Of a DNA stretch of 64,000 bases, positions 8,345-18,634 are shown one piece after another (position 1 is the first letter of the stretch; every line of letters starts with the position of its first letter). Source of the stretch: Minisyncoccia bacterium (GTDB lineage Bacteria; Patescibacteriota; Minisyncoccia; Phycocordibacterales; UBA918); NCBI GenBank assembly GCA_964229335.1, contig CAXRCZ010000007.1, forward strand, positions 59,275-123,274. Reading direction: 5' to 3'. Made by a program: the position numbers and the translations under genes. The notes beneath the pieces are model-generated. The model made no database searches. It saw only the letters and a list, made by a program, of their open reading frames with translations, and was not told the origin of the DNA.

Positions 8345-8611
8345 ATGAAAAAAAGTCATTATATTGCTGGAATCTTGCTTGGCTTACTCACTCCAGTTGC
8401 CGGAATATTTATTGGATTACAAATCTCTACGACATTCGGAACAATTTTAGCCTGGCCGCTGGTGCTGATGAGTTTCTTGACCGGGATTCCATTTGGTATG
8501 TGGTCACCACTGCTGTGGTTGGTGGCGATGATTCTCTCGGTTATTGTGTGGACGCTAGTGGTGTATGCTCTTAGTCAACTTGGTAAAACACGTGCCAAAG
8601 ACAAGTCTTAG
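8345..8611 (+). CDS. Small membrane protein (hypothetical)
   Basis: 88-aa ORF with 3 hydrophobic helices, followed by hairpin acgcctaccaggcgt and a T-run. Confidence 0.5.
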   Translation: MKKSHYIAGILLGLLTPVAGIFIGLQISTTFGTILAWPLVLMSFLTGIPFGMWSPLLWLVAMILSVIVWTLVVYALSQLGKTRAKDKS

Positions 8612-8686
8612 TAATTGACCAAATAGACTTTTACGCGTACTCTTCAGACATCAACCACGCCTACCAGGCGTATTTATTTTTTACTT

Positions 8687-10477
8687 ATGCAACAATCAGA
8701 AATTCGCAATATCGCTATTATCGCTCACGTAGACCACGGTAAAACTACACTTACCGATGGTTTGATGGAGTTTACTGGTGCCAGAGAAGGGGATGCGTCG
8801 ATGGACAACAACGCGTTAGAGCAAGAACGAGGTATTACCATCTATGCCAAAAACACTTCTGTTGACTATAAAGATACAAAAATCAACATTATTGATACAC
8901 CCGGCCACGCGGACTTTGGGTCTGAGGTTGAGCGTATTTTGCGTAGTATTGACTGCGTTTTGCTGGTGGTAGACGCGCAGGAAGGGCCAATGCCGCAAAC
9001 TAGATTTGTATTAAAAAAATCTCTTGAACTCGGACACAAACCGATTGTGATTATCAACAAGATTGATAAGCCAGCAGCCAATCCTGATCAGTGCGAAGAG
9101 CAGGTACTAGAACTCTTCTGGGAGCTTGGCGCCAGCGATGAACAAAGCGAATTCCCAGTAGTGTACGCTGTCGGTAGAGACAAGGTGGCTAAGCGAAATC
9201 TGACTGACGAAATGACAGACCTCTCTCCAGTACTCGATACAATTCTCGAACATGTTCCAGCCGCCAAAGGATATACCGAAAACGACCCACTCCGAGCTCA
9301 AGTATTCAACCTCGGGTACGATAACTTTTTAGGACGACTAGCGGTAGCGAGAATTTACGAGGGTAAGGTGAGTAAAGGTCAATCAGTGATTGTAAAGCAT
9401 AAAGGCGAGGAGTCCTACAAAGGAAAAATCGTCAAACTATCTGGCTACAAAGGAGTGCAACAAGTAGAGGTTGAAGAAGCGTTTGCTGGCGATATCGTTT
9501 TGATAGCGGGGCTCGAAAAAATAAATATCGGTGACACTATTACCGATACTGATGAAGCAGAACCACTACCAGCAATTGAGGTTGATGAACCAACCGTAAG
9601 TATGACCTTCTTAGTCAACTCTTCGCCTTTTGCTGGAAGAGAAGGTAAGTATGTTACTAGTCGACAGATTGGTGAGCGGTTAGAAAAGGAGTTAGAAATC
9701 AATGTTGGTTTGCAAGTAGAGCAGGCAACAGGTGACGCGTATGTCGTAAAAGGTCGGGGTGAAATGCACATTGCAATTTTGCTTGAAAATATGCGGCGTG
9801 AGGGATATGAACTGTCAGTTTCTCAACCAAAAGTTATTTTCCGGGAAGAGAATGGTCAGACTCTTGAGCCATTTGAAGAAGCGATTATTGATATCCCGAG
9901 CGAATACCAAGGATCAGTGATTGAACGTCTTAGCAATCGTGGTTTTATTATGCAAAACATGGTTCCGCATGAGAACCAAGTTCGACTTATATTCGAAGGT
10001 CCTACCCGCGGTCTATTGGGATATAAAAACCAATTTATTATTGATACGAAAGGAGAGGGAATTCTATCTTCACGGTTCATTGAATTCCGTCCACATGCCG
10101 GAGAAATCAAAAAACGCCAAGTTGGCTCAATGACATCGATGACTACAGGAAAAGCTCTCGGCTTTGCATTGGCTGGTTTGCAGGACCGTGGCGAGCTCTA
10201 TATTGGCGCGGGTACCGAAGTGTATGAAGGGATGGTTATCGGCAACACCAACAAAGGTGAAGAAATGGCGGTAAACCCGACTAAAGGCAAACAGCTCACC
10301 AACATGCGTGCCTCAGGTAGTGACGACAACGTTTCACTTACTCCGCACCGACCACTGAAGATTGAGACAGGTTTGGAAATTATGCAGGAAGATGAGTATC
10401 TAGAAGTCTGTCCAGAAAGTATTCGCTTGCGTAAGCAACTACTCAAAGAAAACGAACGATCACGCCTGCGCCGCTAG
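8687..10477 (+). CDS. typA: Translational GTPase TypA/BipA
   Basis: [17 protein letters not shown] and DTPGHADF motifs. Length 596 aa with an EF-G-like domain order. Confidence 0.9.
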   Translation: MQQSEIRNIAIIAHVDHGKTTLTDGLMEFTGAREGDASMDNNALEQERGITIYAKNTSVDYKDTKINIIDTPGHADFGSEVERILRSIDCVLLVVDAQEGPMPQTRFVLKKSLELGHKPIVIINKIDKPAANPDQCEEQVLELFWELGASDEQSEFPVVYAVGRDKVAKRNLTDEMTDLSPVLDTILEHVPAAKGYTENDPLRAQVFNLGYDNFLGRLAVARIYEGKVSKGQSVIVKHKGEESYKGKIVKLSGYKGVQQVEVEEAFAGDIVLIAGLEKINIGDTITDTDEAEPLPAIEVDEPTVSMTFLVNSSPFAGREGKYVTSRQIGERLEKELEINVGLQVEQATGDAYVVKGRGEMHIAILLENMRREGYELSVSQPKVIFREENGQTLEPFEEAIIDIPSEYQGSVIERLSNRGFIMQNMVPHENQVRLIFEGPTRGLLGYKNQFIIDTKGEGILSSRFIEFRPHAGEIKKRQVGSMTSMTTGKALGFALAGLQDRGELYIGAGTEVYEGMVIGNTNKGEEMAVNPTKGKQLTNMRASGSDDNVSLTPHRPLKIETGLEIMQEDEYLEVCPESIRLRKQLLKENERSRLRR

Positions 10478-11721
10478 TTAGTGGCCGGAATAAACGTTAG
10501 AGCCTTTCCGCGCTCTTTACCTCGACCAGTTCGTCCAATACGGTGTACGTAGTCCTCGAAAGTATTAGGTAGGTCGTAGTTGATGACGTGACTAACACTG
10601 TCGACATGGATTCCACGAGCAGCTACATCGGTAGCTACTAGTACTTTGGCTTGACCACTCTTAAAGCGCTTGAGAGCACGCTGTCTCTGACTATGACTTT
10701 TGTTACCGTGGATTGATTCGGCAGTGATTCCGTTTTGGTTAATCTGGGAGCCGATTCTTTCCACTTGGTGTTTCATTGCGCCAAAGATAATTACTCTGCG
10801 CAGCTCGTCTTTTTTCAAAAGCTCAAGCAAAGTATCAAACTTTTGATCACCGATATACGACACAACATCTTGTTCGATGCTGTCAGTCACGGCCTTTTTC
10901 TTTACCGAGACAGTCACAGGATTGTCCATAAAATCCTTTATCAGACCAGCGGTCTTATCATCCATAGTGGCGGAGAAGAAAAGAGTCTGTCGTTTGGGTG
11001 GAAGTAAATCCAAGATATAGCGCATATCATGAATAAATCCCATATCCAACATACGATCAGCTTCATCAAGTATTACTGAATCAATAGTCTTTAGCGGCAT
11101 CAACCGACGATCTATTAAATCTTTGACTCTGCCTGGCGTACCAATAATGAATTGATTTTTTCGCTTAAGACCACGGATTTGCGGCGCAATACTGGTACCA
11201 CCGACGCATACTGTTGAGTACATCGGGAAACCTTTGCTGAGTAATCTAAGCTCATTTTCAATTTGGATTGCTAATTCTCGAGTCGGAGTGAGAATGAGAG
11301 TAGTTTTTTGATTGTCTGATAGCTTGCGTTCAATCATAGGAATCAGAAACGCAGCTGTTTTTCCAGTACCAGTTTCGGCTAGACCCACCACGTCCTTTCC
11401 TTGCAAGATTTCTGGTATTACTTGGTCTTGAATAGGGGTTGGATCAATTAATCCCATTGTTTTGATGGCTTTTTTCAGAGTTGCGGTAAGGGGTAGGGCA
11501 GAAAATTGTGATTTTGGTACGTATACTTCCTCTGCTACCTCTACAGGATTGCGGTTGATAAACTGAGTCGGGTCAAAAGACGGCATTTGACGGCGTTTTG
11601 AGGTTCGGGTCCGAGTACGAGAAGAAGAGCTCGAGTAACGTCTTCGATTGTTTTGGCTAGCATTATTTTTACGACGTCGAAATTGGCTACCGCCACTTCG
11701 ACGGGGTCGAGTGTTTGTCAT
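10474..11721 (-). CDS. DEAD-box ATP-dependent RNA helicase with a basic N-terminal tail
   Basis: Q motif PTPIQ, plus AETGTGKT, DEAD, SAT and HRIGRTGR. Confidence 0.9.
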   Translation of the reverse strand: MTNTRPRRSGGSQFRRRKNNASQNNRRRYSSSSSRTRTRTSKRRQMPSFDPTQFINRNPVEVAEEVYVPKSQFSALPLTATLKKAIKTMGLIDPTPIQDQVIPEILQGKDVVGLAETGTGKTAAFLIPMIERKLSDNQKTTLILTPTRELAIQIENELRLLSKGFPMYSTVCVGGTSIAPQIRGLKRKNQFIIGTPGRVKDLIDRRLMPLKTIDSVILDEADRMLDMGFIHDMRYILDLLPPKRQTLFFSATMDDKTAGLIKDFMDNPVTVSVKKKAVTDSIEQDVVSYIGDQKFDTLLELLKKDELRRVIIFGAMKHQVERIGSQINQNGITAESIHGNKSHSQRQRALKRFKSGQAKVLVATDVAARGIHVDSVSHVINYDLPNTFEDYVHRIGRTGRGKERGKALTFIPATN

Positions 11722-11935
11722 ATTAGTGAGTATGGTGATTTATACACCAAAGGTGTAAGGGCGGTGCAGGTAATAAATGGAGAAACTAAACAGTATCTGC
11801 AGCTTGAGAGCCCTACACAGATTTCAAAAGCGTCTGTACTCTAACACATTTAAATAATATGTAAATATCAGCTAATCACAGTTTGCTGCAAAAGCTGACA
11901 GCTGCTGAACGGTAGGTAGGGTATGATGAAATAGT

Positions 11936-12133
11936 ATGAGACAACAGCTTCTCTACAGTGAAAACGAATACGCTCGTGTGAAATGGTATCTCGTCAATAG
12001 TGGCAAGGAAGGTACTATCGAAGATATCATGCGGGTCACTCGTCATGGATATCTGAAAGCTGGTCAGATACAGGAACAGTTGCATCGTGAAGGCATTCTC
12101 GACCTCAACGAAATTAGGGAATTTGATGAGTAG
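11936..12133 (+). CDS. Small hypothetical protein
   Basis: 65-aa ORF in an otherwise empty intergenic region, with a weak RBS. Confidence 0.3.
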   Translation: MRQQLLYSENEYARVKWYLVNSGKEGTIEDIMRVTRHGYLKAGQIQEQLHREGILDLNEIREFDE

Positions 12134-12305
12134 CTTTTTGTTCCGGTGTTTGCTATGCGAAAGTAGTCATTCTTATGTATAAGAAAGCCGTACTAGCTGG
12201 AGGACGCTTTCGTAAGACCTTGCCAGCTACTTTGCAAAGCATGAAGTAAAGTAGCGACAAGGTATACGGCTCCTGTAAGGAGTAAGAGATGCTATATTTC
12301 TATAT

Positions 12306-12794
12306 ATGATAAAAAAAGCTGTAGTGGCGGGAGGATGCTTCTGGGGACTCGAAGACCTCATCCACACCCAAAAAGGAGTGGTTGATACTGAAGTTGGCTA
12401 TACAGGCGGAACAAATACCAATCCGACCTACCAAAATCACCCCGGCCACGCTGAGGCAGTAGAGATTACATATAATCCTGAAGAACTCTCTTACAAGGAG
12501 TTGTTAGATTTTTTCTTTCAAATTCATAATCCCACCACATTAAATCAGCAAGGTAATGATAAAGGTACTTCTTACCGTTCAGCCATTTTTTACCAAAACC
12601 AAGAAGAAAAGGCTATAGCTCAAGAAATGATTGCTATTGTAAACCAGTCTGAACGCTGGTCCGATCCAGTTGTTACTAGCCTTGAGCCCTTCACGGCATT
12701 TTATCCAGCTGAGGACTATCACCAAGACTATTTGATAAAAAATCCAGGTGGCTATACCTGCCACGCCATTTATTTTGATAGCTATTTGAAATAA
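12306..12794 (+). CDS. msrA: Peptide-methionine (S)-S-oxide reductase
   Basis: GGCFWG active-site motif and HDPT-like NPTTLNQQG region. Confidence 0.9.
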   Translation: MIKKAVVAGGCFWGLEDLIHTQKGVVDTEVGYTGGTNTNPTYQNHPGHAEAVEITYNPEELSYKELLDFFFQIHNPTTLNQQGNDKGTSYRSAIFYQNQEEKAIAQEMIAIVNQSERWSDPVVTSLEPFTAFYPAEDYHQDYLIKNPGGYTCHAIYFDSYLK

Positions 12795-12862
12795 CTTATT
12801 TTGTCTCGCTACTCATGTAGTGTAGAATTAGCAGGTAACTAACCAATAATTTACCTATTACT

Positions 12863-13654
12863 ATGAATCCTTCTGATAATTCAGACCAAAAAGAAACCAC
12901 TACCACAGCTACTGAACCAGTAGCTACTCCAGTTGAGTCCGGTACCAAAAAACCGGCTTGGATGTATTATGCTATAGCGGCGATTGTACTAATTATCCTA
13001 GCGTTGGGGTTGTTGTATGTGATGGAAAAGCAAGGTAAAACCGACACCGGCCTATTTGATTCAATTTTGACCATGCAGTCACAGCAAGTCACTGTCGCAT
13101 TGGTTAATGGACAAAGTATTTCTCAATATGAGTTAGACACTAGTATCGAACAGTTGTCTGCCGGAGCTGCTTCACAGGGAATTGATCAAAATGATCCTCA
13201 AGTGCAACAAGGTCTTCGCGATCAAGCGCTTGAAGTCTTGATTAACACAGAGTTGCTTCGACAAGAAGCTGAACGTCGAGGAGTGACAGTTACAGATGAA
13301 GAGGTGCAAGCACGCTTAGACGCACTAGTACAACAGGTTGGTGGCGAAGAAGTTTTGGCTGAAAGAATGGAAGAGTTCGGAGTGAGTATGGAGACCTTGG
13401 AGTCAGATATTCGCAGTGAGCTCGCTATCCAAAAAGTACTCGACGCAGTCTTTGCTGAAAGAGAAATCACAGTAACTGAAGAAGAAATAAATGAGTACTA
13501 CACAGCCGCTGGTGGAGAAGAAGCTGGCCTACCTCCACTTCAGGAAGTGCGGGACCAAGTTGAACTAGAAGTTCAAAATACCAAACAACAAGAAATCATA
13601 AACGAACTCATCACTGAATTACGCGCCTCAGCCACTATCGAAATAATTGAATAG
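12863..13654 (+). CDS. Membrane-anchored SurA-N/PrsA-like chaperone domain protein
   Basis: Single N-terminal TM helix followed by a helical, Glu/Gln-rich region resembling the SurA N-terminal domain. Weak assignment. Confidence 0.4.
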   Translation: MNPSDNSDQKETTTTATEPVATPVESGTKKPAWMYYAIAAIVLIILALGLLYVMEKQGKTDTGLFDSILTMQSQQVTVALVNGQSISQYELDTSIEQLSAGAASQGIDQNDPQVQQGLRDQALEVLINTELLRQEAERRGVTVTDEEVQARLDALVQQVGGEEVLAERMEEFGVSMETLESDIRSELAIQKVLDAVFAEREITVTEEEINEYYTAAGGEEAGLPPLQEVRDQVELEVQNTKQQEIINELITELRASATIEIIE

Positions 13655-13722
13655 ATTGCTTTGCACACGTCTAGCGCGTTTTCTTCATATACTCCAATAA
13701 GGACTTGGTATACTTATTGGTA

Positions 13723-14976
13723 ATGTCCGAGTCCCTTCAAGCAATCGCTCACGCTATTACATACCACCCACAGGAACGGATAAAGATGCTGCAGAATCTA
13801 CCGCAGTCTCAGCGCAGCGCGGTATTTGAATTACTCTCACCGTATGTGCAGCAGTCTATCTTGCGACATCTTCATGATCACGAAATAGTCGAATTACTTG
13901 ATAATCTTGACTTACGTCACGCCGAACAAGCTCTGGCTCGTCTGAAGAATGTTAAAAGAAGGGTTCGTATTGTACGAAAATTAAAAGGAGAGGTGAGAGA
14001 AAAAGCCGAATATTTTTTGCGGTTTCATCCACAAGCTACGCTGTCCCTGATTAATTTCGATTACTTGTTTGTGTCTGGTGACAAAACACTGGCCCAAGCG
14101 GCTGACTTAATTGAGAGTCATTACGAAGAAACAGGAAAGTATCCGGAACTACTGGTGCATGAGCACGGCGATTTGATTGGGGAGGTGACGTTTGCGACGT
14201 TAGTGCGAGAAAGAAATAATGCTAAGTTAAAAAATTTTGTACATCCGATAAGTACTATTTCTTATCAAACCGAACCGGCCAAAATCGTCGATCATTTGGT
14301 CACCACTAAAAATAAAAAGGTAGTGGTACAAGACCACGACAACAGCATTATCGGCATCATATACGCTGATACGATGAAGTCACTATTTGGAGAATTACCA
14401 GCTGAAGCACTCTATGATTTCGCTGGAGTTGATGATAGCGAGCGACCGTTTGATTCAGTGGGTAAAAAAGTCTCACACCGCTATCGGTGGTTGATACTCA
14501 ACTTACTAACTGCTTTTGGGGCCGGGGCAGTAGTTTTGCTGTTCCAAGATACGCTCGACACCCTGACCATTTTGTCAGTGTACATTCCAATTATGGCTGG
14601 TATGGGCGGTAATGCTGCAACTCAGTCTTTTGCCATTATGGTTCGAGGCTTAACTCTTGGCACGGTGTCATTGCAATCTGCTGGACCAGCTATTGTAAGA
14701 GAGTTTATCGCTGGCGGATTTAATGGTGTGATTATCGGGGCTATAGTCGCCGTTATTTCGTGGTTGTGGAACGGAGAACCATTATTAGGAATAGTAGTAG
14801 GATTAGCTTTGATAATTGCTCATGCTATAGCAGCAGTAGCCGGTGCAATTGTGCCACTACTAATGAAGAATTTGGGGTATGACCCAGCTGCAACATCGAC
14901 TATATTTATCACCACTATCACTGATGTGTGCGGACTCTTATTGTTGTTTGGACTAGCAACGTTAATTCTGTTGTAA
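13723..14976 (+). CDS. mgtE: Magnesium transporter MgtE
   Basis: MgtE N-domain, CBS-like region, and TM domain with GMGGNAATQS. The ATG at 13723 is preferred over the TTG at 13705. Confidence 0.85.
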   Translation: MSESLQAIAHAITYHPQERIKMLQNLPQSQRSAVFELLSPYVQQSILRHLHDHEIVELLDNLDLRHAEQALARLKNVKRRVRIVRKLKGEVREKAEYFLRFHPQATLSLINFDYLFVSGDKTLAQAADLIESHYEETGKYPELLVHEHGDLIGEVTFATLVRERNNAKLKNFVHPISTISYQTEPAKIVDHLVTTKNKKVVVQDHDNSIIGIIYADTMKSLFGELPAEALYDFAGVDDSERPFDSVGKKVSHRYRWLILNLLTAFGAGAVVLLFQDTLDTLTILSVYIPIMAGMGGNAATQSFAIMVRGLTLGTVSLQSAGPAIVREFIAGGFNGVIIGAIVAVISWLWNGEPLLGIVVGLALIIAHAIAAVAGAIVPLLMKNLGYDPAATSTIFITTITDVCGLLLLFGLATLILL

Positions 14977-14999
14977 GGACATAGTGGTATACTAGTGAC

Positions 15000-15557
15000 A
15001 TGAAGATTGCCGAGAGAGTGGTAATGGTAGCTTTGCTCCTAGCTATTTTGGGTGGGGGAGGAGCGCTGTATTACGCAGTCACAAAGGAGAGCGCTGCAGT
15101 ACGCGATGCTGTTGCTCGAGGTGAGTATGAACAACCACTGCCGTCAGAAGAAACGGACACTACCGATCAATCTAACTGGCGGGTTTACTATCCTACTACA
15201 GTTCCAATAGTTATCGGGCCAACTACCGTTGCAGCATCCGTAGCCGATTCGTTACCAGAACGAATAAAAGGCCTCTCTGATACACCATATTTACCTGAGG
15301 GCTTGGTAAAATTATTTGCTTTTGGTGCTGCTGGCAGCCATTCGATATGGATGAAAGACATGCAATACCCACTTGATATCATATGGGTAGACAAAGAAGG
15401 GAGCATTACCCATATAGAAGAAAATATTTCACCAGAGACCTTTCCAGAATCTTTTTCTTCGCCAACACCAGCTTGGTATGTAATTGAAGCGAATGCAGGG
15501 TTTGTGGCAAGTAATAATATTACAAAGACTGACCAAGTAACTATTGTCTTGGAATGA
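15000..15557 (+). CDS. DUF192 domain protein
   Basis: N-terminal TM helix and a PLDIIWVD...ITHI core typical of DUF192/COG1430. Confidence 0.65.
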   Translation: MKIAERVVMVALLLAILGGGGALYYAVTKESAAVRDAVARGEYEQPLPSEETDTTDQSNWRVYYPTTVPIVIGPTTVAASVADSLPERIKGLSDTPYLPEGLVKLFAFGAAGSHSIWMKDMQYPLDIIWVDKEGSITHIEENISPETFPESFSSPTPAWYVIEANAGFVASNNITKTDQVTIVLE

Positions 15558-15623
15558 TGATGTTATCCCATATTGTGCCGAAGGGTATGTTTTTGCTAAA
15601 AACTTGCATAATAGTATAAAACG

Positions 15624-16029
15624 TTGCATACTATGCAGGCACGATGGTCGCCTAAGCTAGTAAATTGTGAACCACAATTGGATAGTTTGGGAGGAAAGTC
15701 CGAACACGCACTAGATTATCTAGTAGCCGGGTAGCGGGTAACACCCGTCATTTAGTCTTTGACTAAAAGAGGTGCGAGCAGAGACGTCACAATCGAAAGA
15801 AAGTGAGTTCCTTCGGGAATAGCTCTATAAGAAATTATAGAGGTGAAACGGCTAAATCCTTACCTGCGTGCAAGGCCGTGCTTTTGTCTCATGGCAAAAG
15901 AGAGCCGCATGAAATATCGAGTAATTGATATTCAAGATATATGACCATCCTAGCCTCACTTTTTGTGTGTGTTTAGACACTAAATACGTACAAAAAGTGA
16001 GGCTACGACAGAATTCGGCTTATGTGCAA
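15624..16029 (+). ncRNA. rnpB: RNase P RNA (bacterial type A)
   Basis: GGAGGAAAGTCCG (CR-I) at about 15692. ACAGAATTCGGCTTAT (CR-V) at about 16008. Terminal pairing ttgca/tgcaa. Terminator at 16033-16055. Contains a long extra hairpin at about 15950-16005. Confidence 0.85.
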
Positions 16030-16112
16030 AAAAGCAGCTCGCAAGAGCTGCTTTTACTATATGATAGACTGAGTCTATAGGAGGCAACAATAGTGTTTTA
16101 AATAATTTTTAT

Positions 16113-18626
16113 ATGGCAAACCAAAATGTTTTTATCCCGCGTTCGTTTCAAAGCGAAGCACCGAAAGAACCAGAGAAACCAGTTCAAAGTGAACCGAAAA
16201 AGGACGATAAGTTGGGAAAAACGTTACATAGAATCACTCAGTATCTAGTGGTGGCACTGGCTTTCTTATTGCCATTGTTTTTTGTGCCAGGGCTGTATGC
16301 GTCGCTTGGTTTTGACAAAGTAATTCTAGCAACTGGTCTGTCACTAACTATTGTTGTTATTGCTAGTTTGTCTGCTTTACGTTACTCACAAGTGAGACCG
16401 GTATTGCCATTACCGTACTTTATTTTTTGGGGAATTGCGGGTATTGCGCTCGTGAGTGCTCTTTTGTCCGGTGACATACAAGATTCTTTAGTTGGGTCAT
16501 ATTTCGAAATCCATACCACTGGCTTCTTGCTATTGTTAGCGTTAGTTATTACGACAACTTTGGTATTGCAACGCTCAAAAATAATGAGCCTACAAGCTTT
16601 ATTGGCGCTACTAATTGGCGCAGGAGTGTTGATAATTTACAATCTCGTTCGGTTTTTTGCCGGGCCAGTCTTGCCACTTAATAGCTTTGGTGACGTCACT
16701 GTCTCACCGCTTGGAGGACTAAATGACTTGGCGGTGTTTGCTGGTGTGACCATTATTTTGTCTCTAGTTGCTCTGTTGCAACTACCACTTAAAATGTGGA
16801 CTAAAAGTCTATTAGCGTGTCTTTGTGTGGCTAGCTTGCTGGTACTCGCAGTGGTGAACTTCTTCTATATTTGGTTGGGTGTAGGTTTCTTTTCTTTATT
16901 ACTACTTATCTATCTATTGTCACGAGACACATTGTTTGGTCATGAGGACGAAACTCCGTCGACTACTACTCGTTCGCTTTTGTTAATCATATTGTCACTA
17001 GTTATTGGTGTAGTTAGTGCTGTGTTTGTGATAGCAGGAAATTATGCTGGCAGTGTGGTATCCCAAGCCACCAATATTGATTACATTGAAGTTCGCCCTT
17101 CGCTCTCTGCTACAGCGGATATTGCGCGAGCTACCTATCAAGACAACCTCCTATTAGGAAGCGGTCCGAATCGCTTTGCTGATATGTGGCGTCTCCATAA
17201 GGATCGTAGTATCAATGACACAAACTTCTGGAATGTTGACTTTACAGCTGGCTTTGGTTTCGTTCCAACCTACTTTATCACACTTGGTGCACTAGGCGGC
17301 GTAGCCTTTATTACGTTTCATCTAGCGTATCTATTGATGGGGTATCAAATGTTAATTAAAACTCAAATTCGTGACCAGTTCTGGTATTTTTTCGGAACAG
17401 TCACTTTTGTGGCATCGCTGCTGCTGTGGGGAGTGACGTATGTATATGTGCCAGGAGCAGCTATCTTATTGCTAACCGCTTTGTTTACTGGACTATCCTT
17501 CGTTGCGTACGGGGCACTCATGCCGGCTACCGCAATAACTATTCCGCTTATAGGCAGTCGGCGACAAGGATTCTTATTGATGGCAATTACTGTCATTTTG
17601 GTGGTTGGTTCAGTCGTACTATTGTTCTTTGTTGGTCAACAATATGCAGCCCAATACGAATTTACTCGCGGCCAAGTGGTCTCAGAATCAGTTGAAGAAT
17701 TCGAAGGCAGTGTGGAACGTGCCTATATGCTATTCAATGACAATCAATTTTTAGCTGGTCTGGCACAGCTAAAGCTATCAGTGATGCAAAGCCTGACGGC
17801 TATTGAAGAACCAACCGAGGCTGATCAAAACAACTTTGCAGAAACTGCACAAGAAGCAATTGTCTTGGCCGAACAAATAATCACCAACGATCCGACTGAC
17901 CCTACTGGCTACGCATTGTTGGCTGATGTGTACTATCTTCTTGATCAGGCTGGCCTAGAAGGCGCCAAAGAACGCGCCGATGCTGCTTTGGCGTCAGCAC
18001 AAGAGCGAGATCCAAAAGATCCAGGGTACGATCTAGCCTCTGCGGTGGTTGCATCTCGAGCCGGCAATACTGAGTTGGCTCGTGAAGAAATCGCCAATGC
18101 GCTGACTCTAAAGAGAAATTATGTCGATGCACTGTTCTTGCTCGCACAGTTAGATATTGAAGAAGGTAATATTGAATCTGCTATTGCTGCCACTACCCAA
18201 GTAGTAACACTTGAACCAAACAATCCGACTCGTTACTACCAATTAGGAATTCTCTTGGCAGCTAACGAACAATATGATCAAGCTATTGCCGCGTATCAAG
18301 AAGCCCTACTTCGTGACAACAGCTTTGCGAATGCTCGCTATATGTTAGCGATGGCATATGTGGCAGCAGAACAAGTTGAAGCAGCACTCGAAGAGCTAAG
18401 AATCGTCCAGTCTACGAATGAAGAAAACGAAGAACTAGCTGCTCTTATAGTTCAACTAGAGACTACCGGTACTCTACCGGCTGCAACCCAAGGATTAGAA
18501 TCTCCCATTAATGAAAATGACAGCGCTGCGACTGCTGATGGGGTGGTGACTGATGAGGTTCCAGAATCAAACGTTATTTCTCCTATCAACACTAACGCAA
18601 GTTCGGGTGAAGCAGGTGCTCAGTAG
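16113..18626 (+). CDS. Large polytopic membrane protein with C-terminal TPR repeats (O-antigen-ligase/Wzy_C-like)
   Basis: 837 aa with more than 10 predicted TM helices, then TPR-like A/L/Y-rich repeats. Sits next to murJ. Confidence 0.5.
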   Translation: MANQNVFIPRSFQSEAPKEPEKPVQSEPKKDDKLGKTLHRITQYLVVALAFLLPLFFVPGLYASLGFDKVILATGLSLTIVVIASLSALRYSQVRPVLPLPYFIFWGIAGIALVSALLSGDIQDSLVGSYFEIHTTGFLLLLALVITTTLVLQRSKIMSLQALLALLIGAGVLIIYNLVRFFAGPVLPLNSFGDVTVSPLGGLNDLAVFAGVTIILSLVALLQLPLKMWTKSLLACLCVASLLVLAVVNFFYIWLGVGFFSLLLLIYLLSRDTLFGHEDETPSTTTRSLLLIILSLVIGVVSAVFVIAGNYAGSVVSQATNIDYIEVRPSLSATADIARATYQDNLLLGSGPNRFADMWRLHKDRSINDTNFWNVDFTAGFGFVPTYFITLGALGGVAFITFHLAYLLMGYQMLIKTQIRDQFWYFFGTVTFVASLLLWGVTYVYVPGAAILLLTALFTGLSFVAYGALMPATAITIPLIGSRRQGFLLMAITVILVVGSVVLLFFVGQQYAAQYEFTRGQVVSESVEEFEGSVERAYMLFNDNQFLAGLAQLKLSVMQSLTAIEEPTEADQNNFAETAQEAIVLAEQIITNDPTDPTGYALLADVYYLLDQAGLEGAKERADAALASAQERDPKDPGYDLASAVVASRAGNTELAREEIANALTLKRNYVDALFLLAQLDIEEGNIESAIAATTQVVTLEPNNPTRYYQLGILLAANEQYDQAIAAYQEALLRDNSFANARYMLAMAYVAAEQVEAALEELRIVQSTNEENEELAALIVQLETTGTLPAATQGLESPINENDSAATADGVVTDEVPESNVISPINTNASSGEAGAQ

Positions 18627-18634
18627 GAAGCGGT

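Noticed and set aside
12140-12300. SRP (4.5S) RNA or 6S RNA candidate.
   Set aside because: It lacks the conserved SRP domain IV GGAA/AGCA loop context, and there is no 6S-like central bubble over about 180 nt. It is kept only as a low-interest structured leader.
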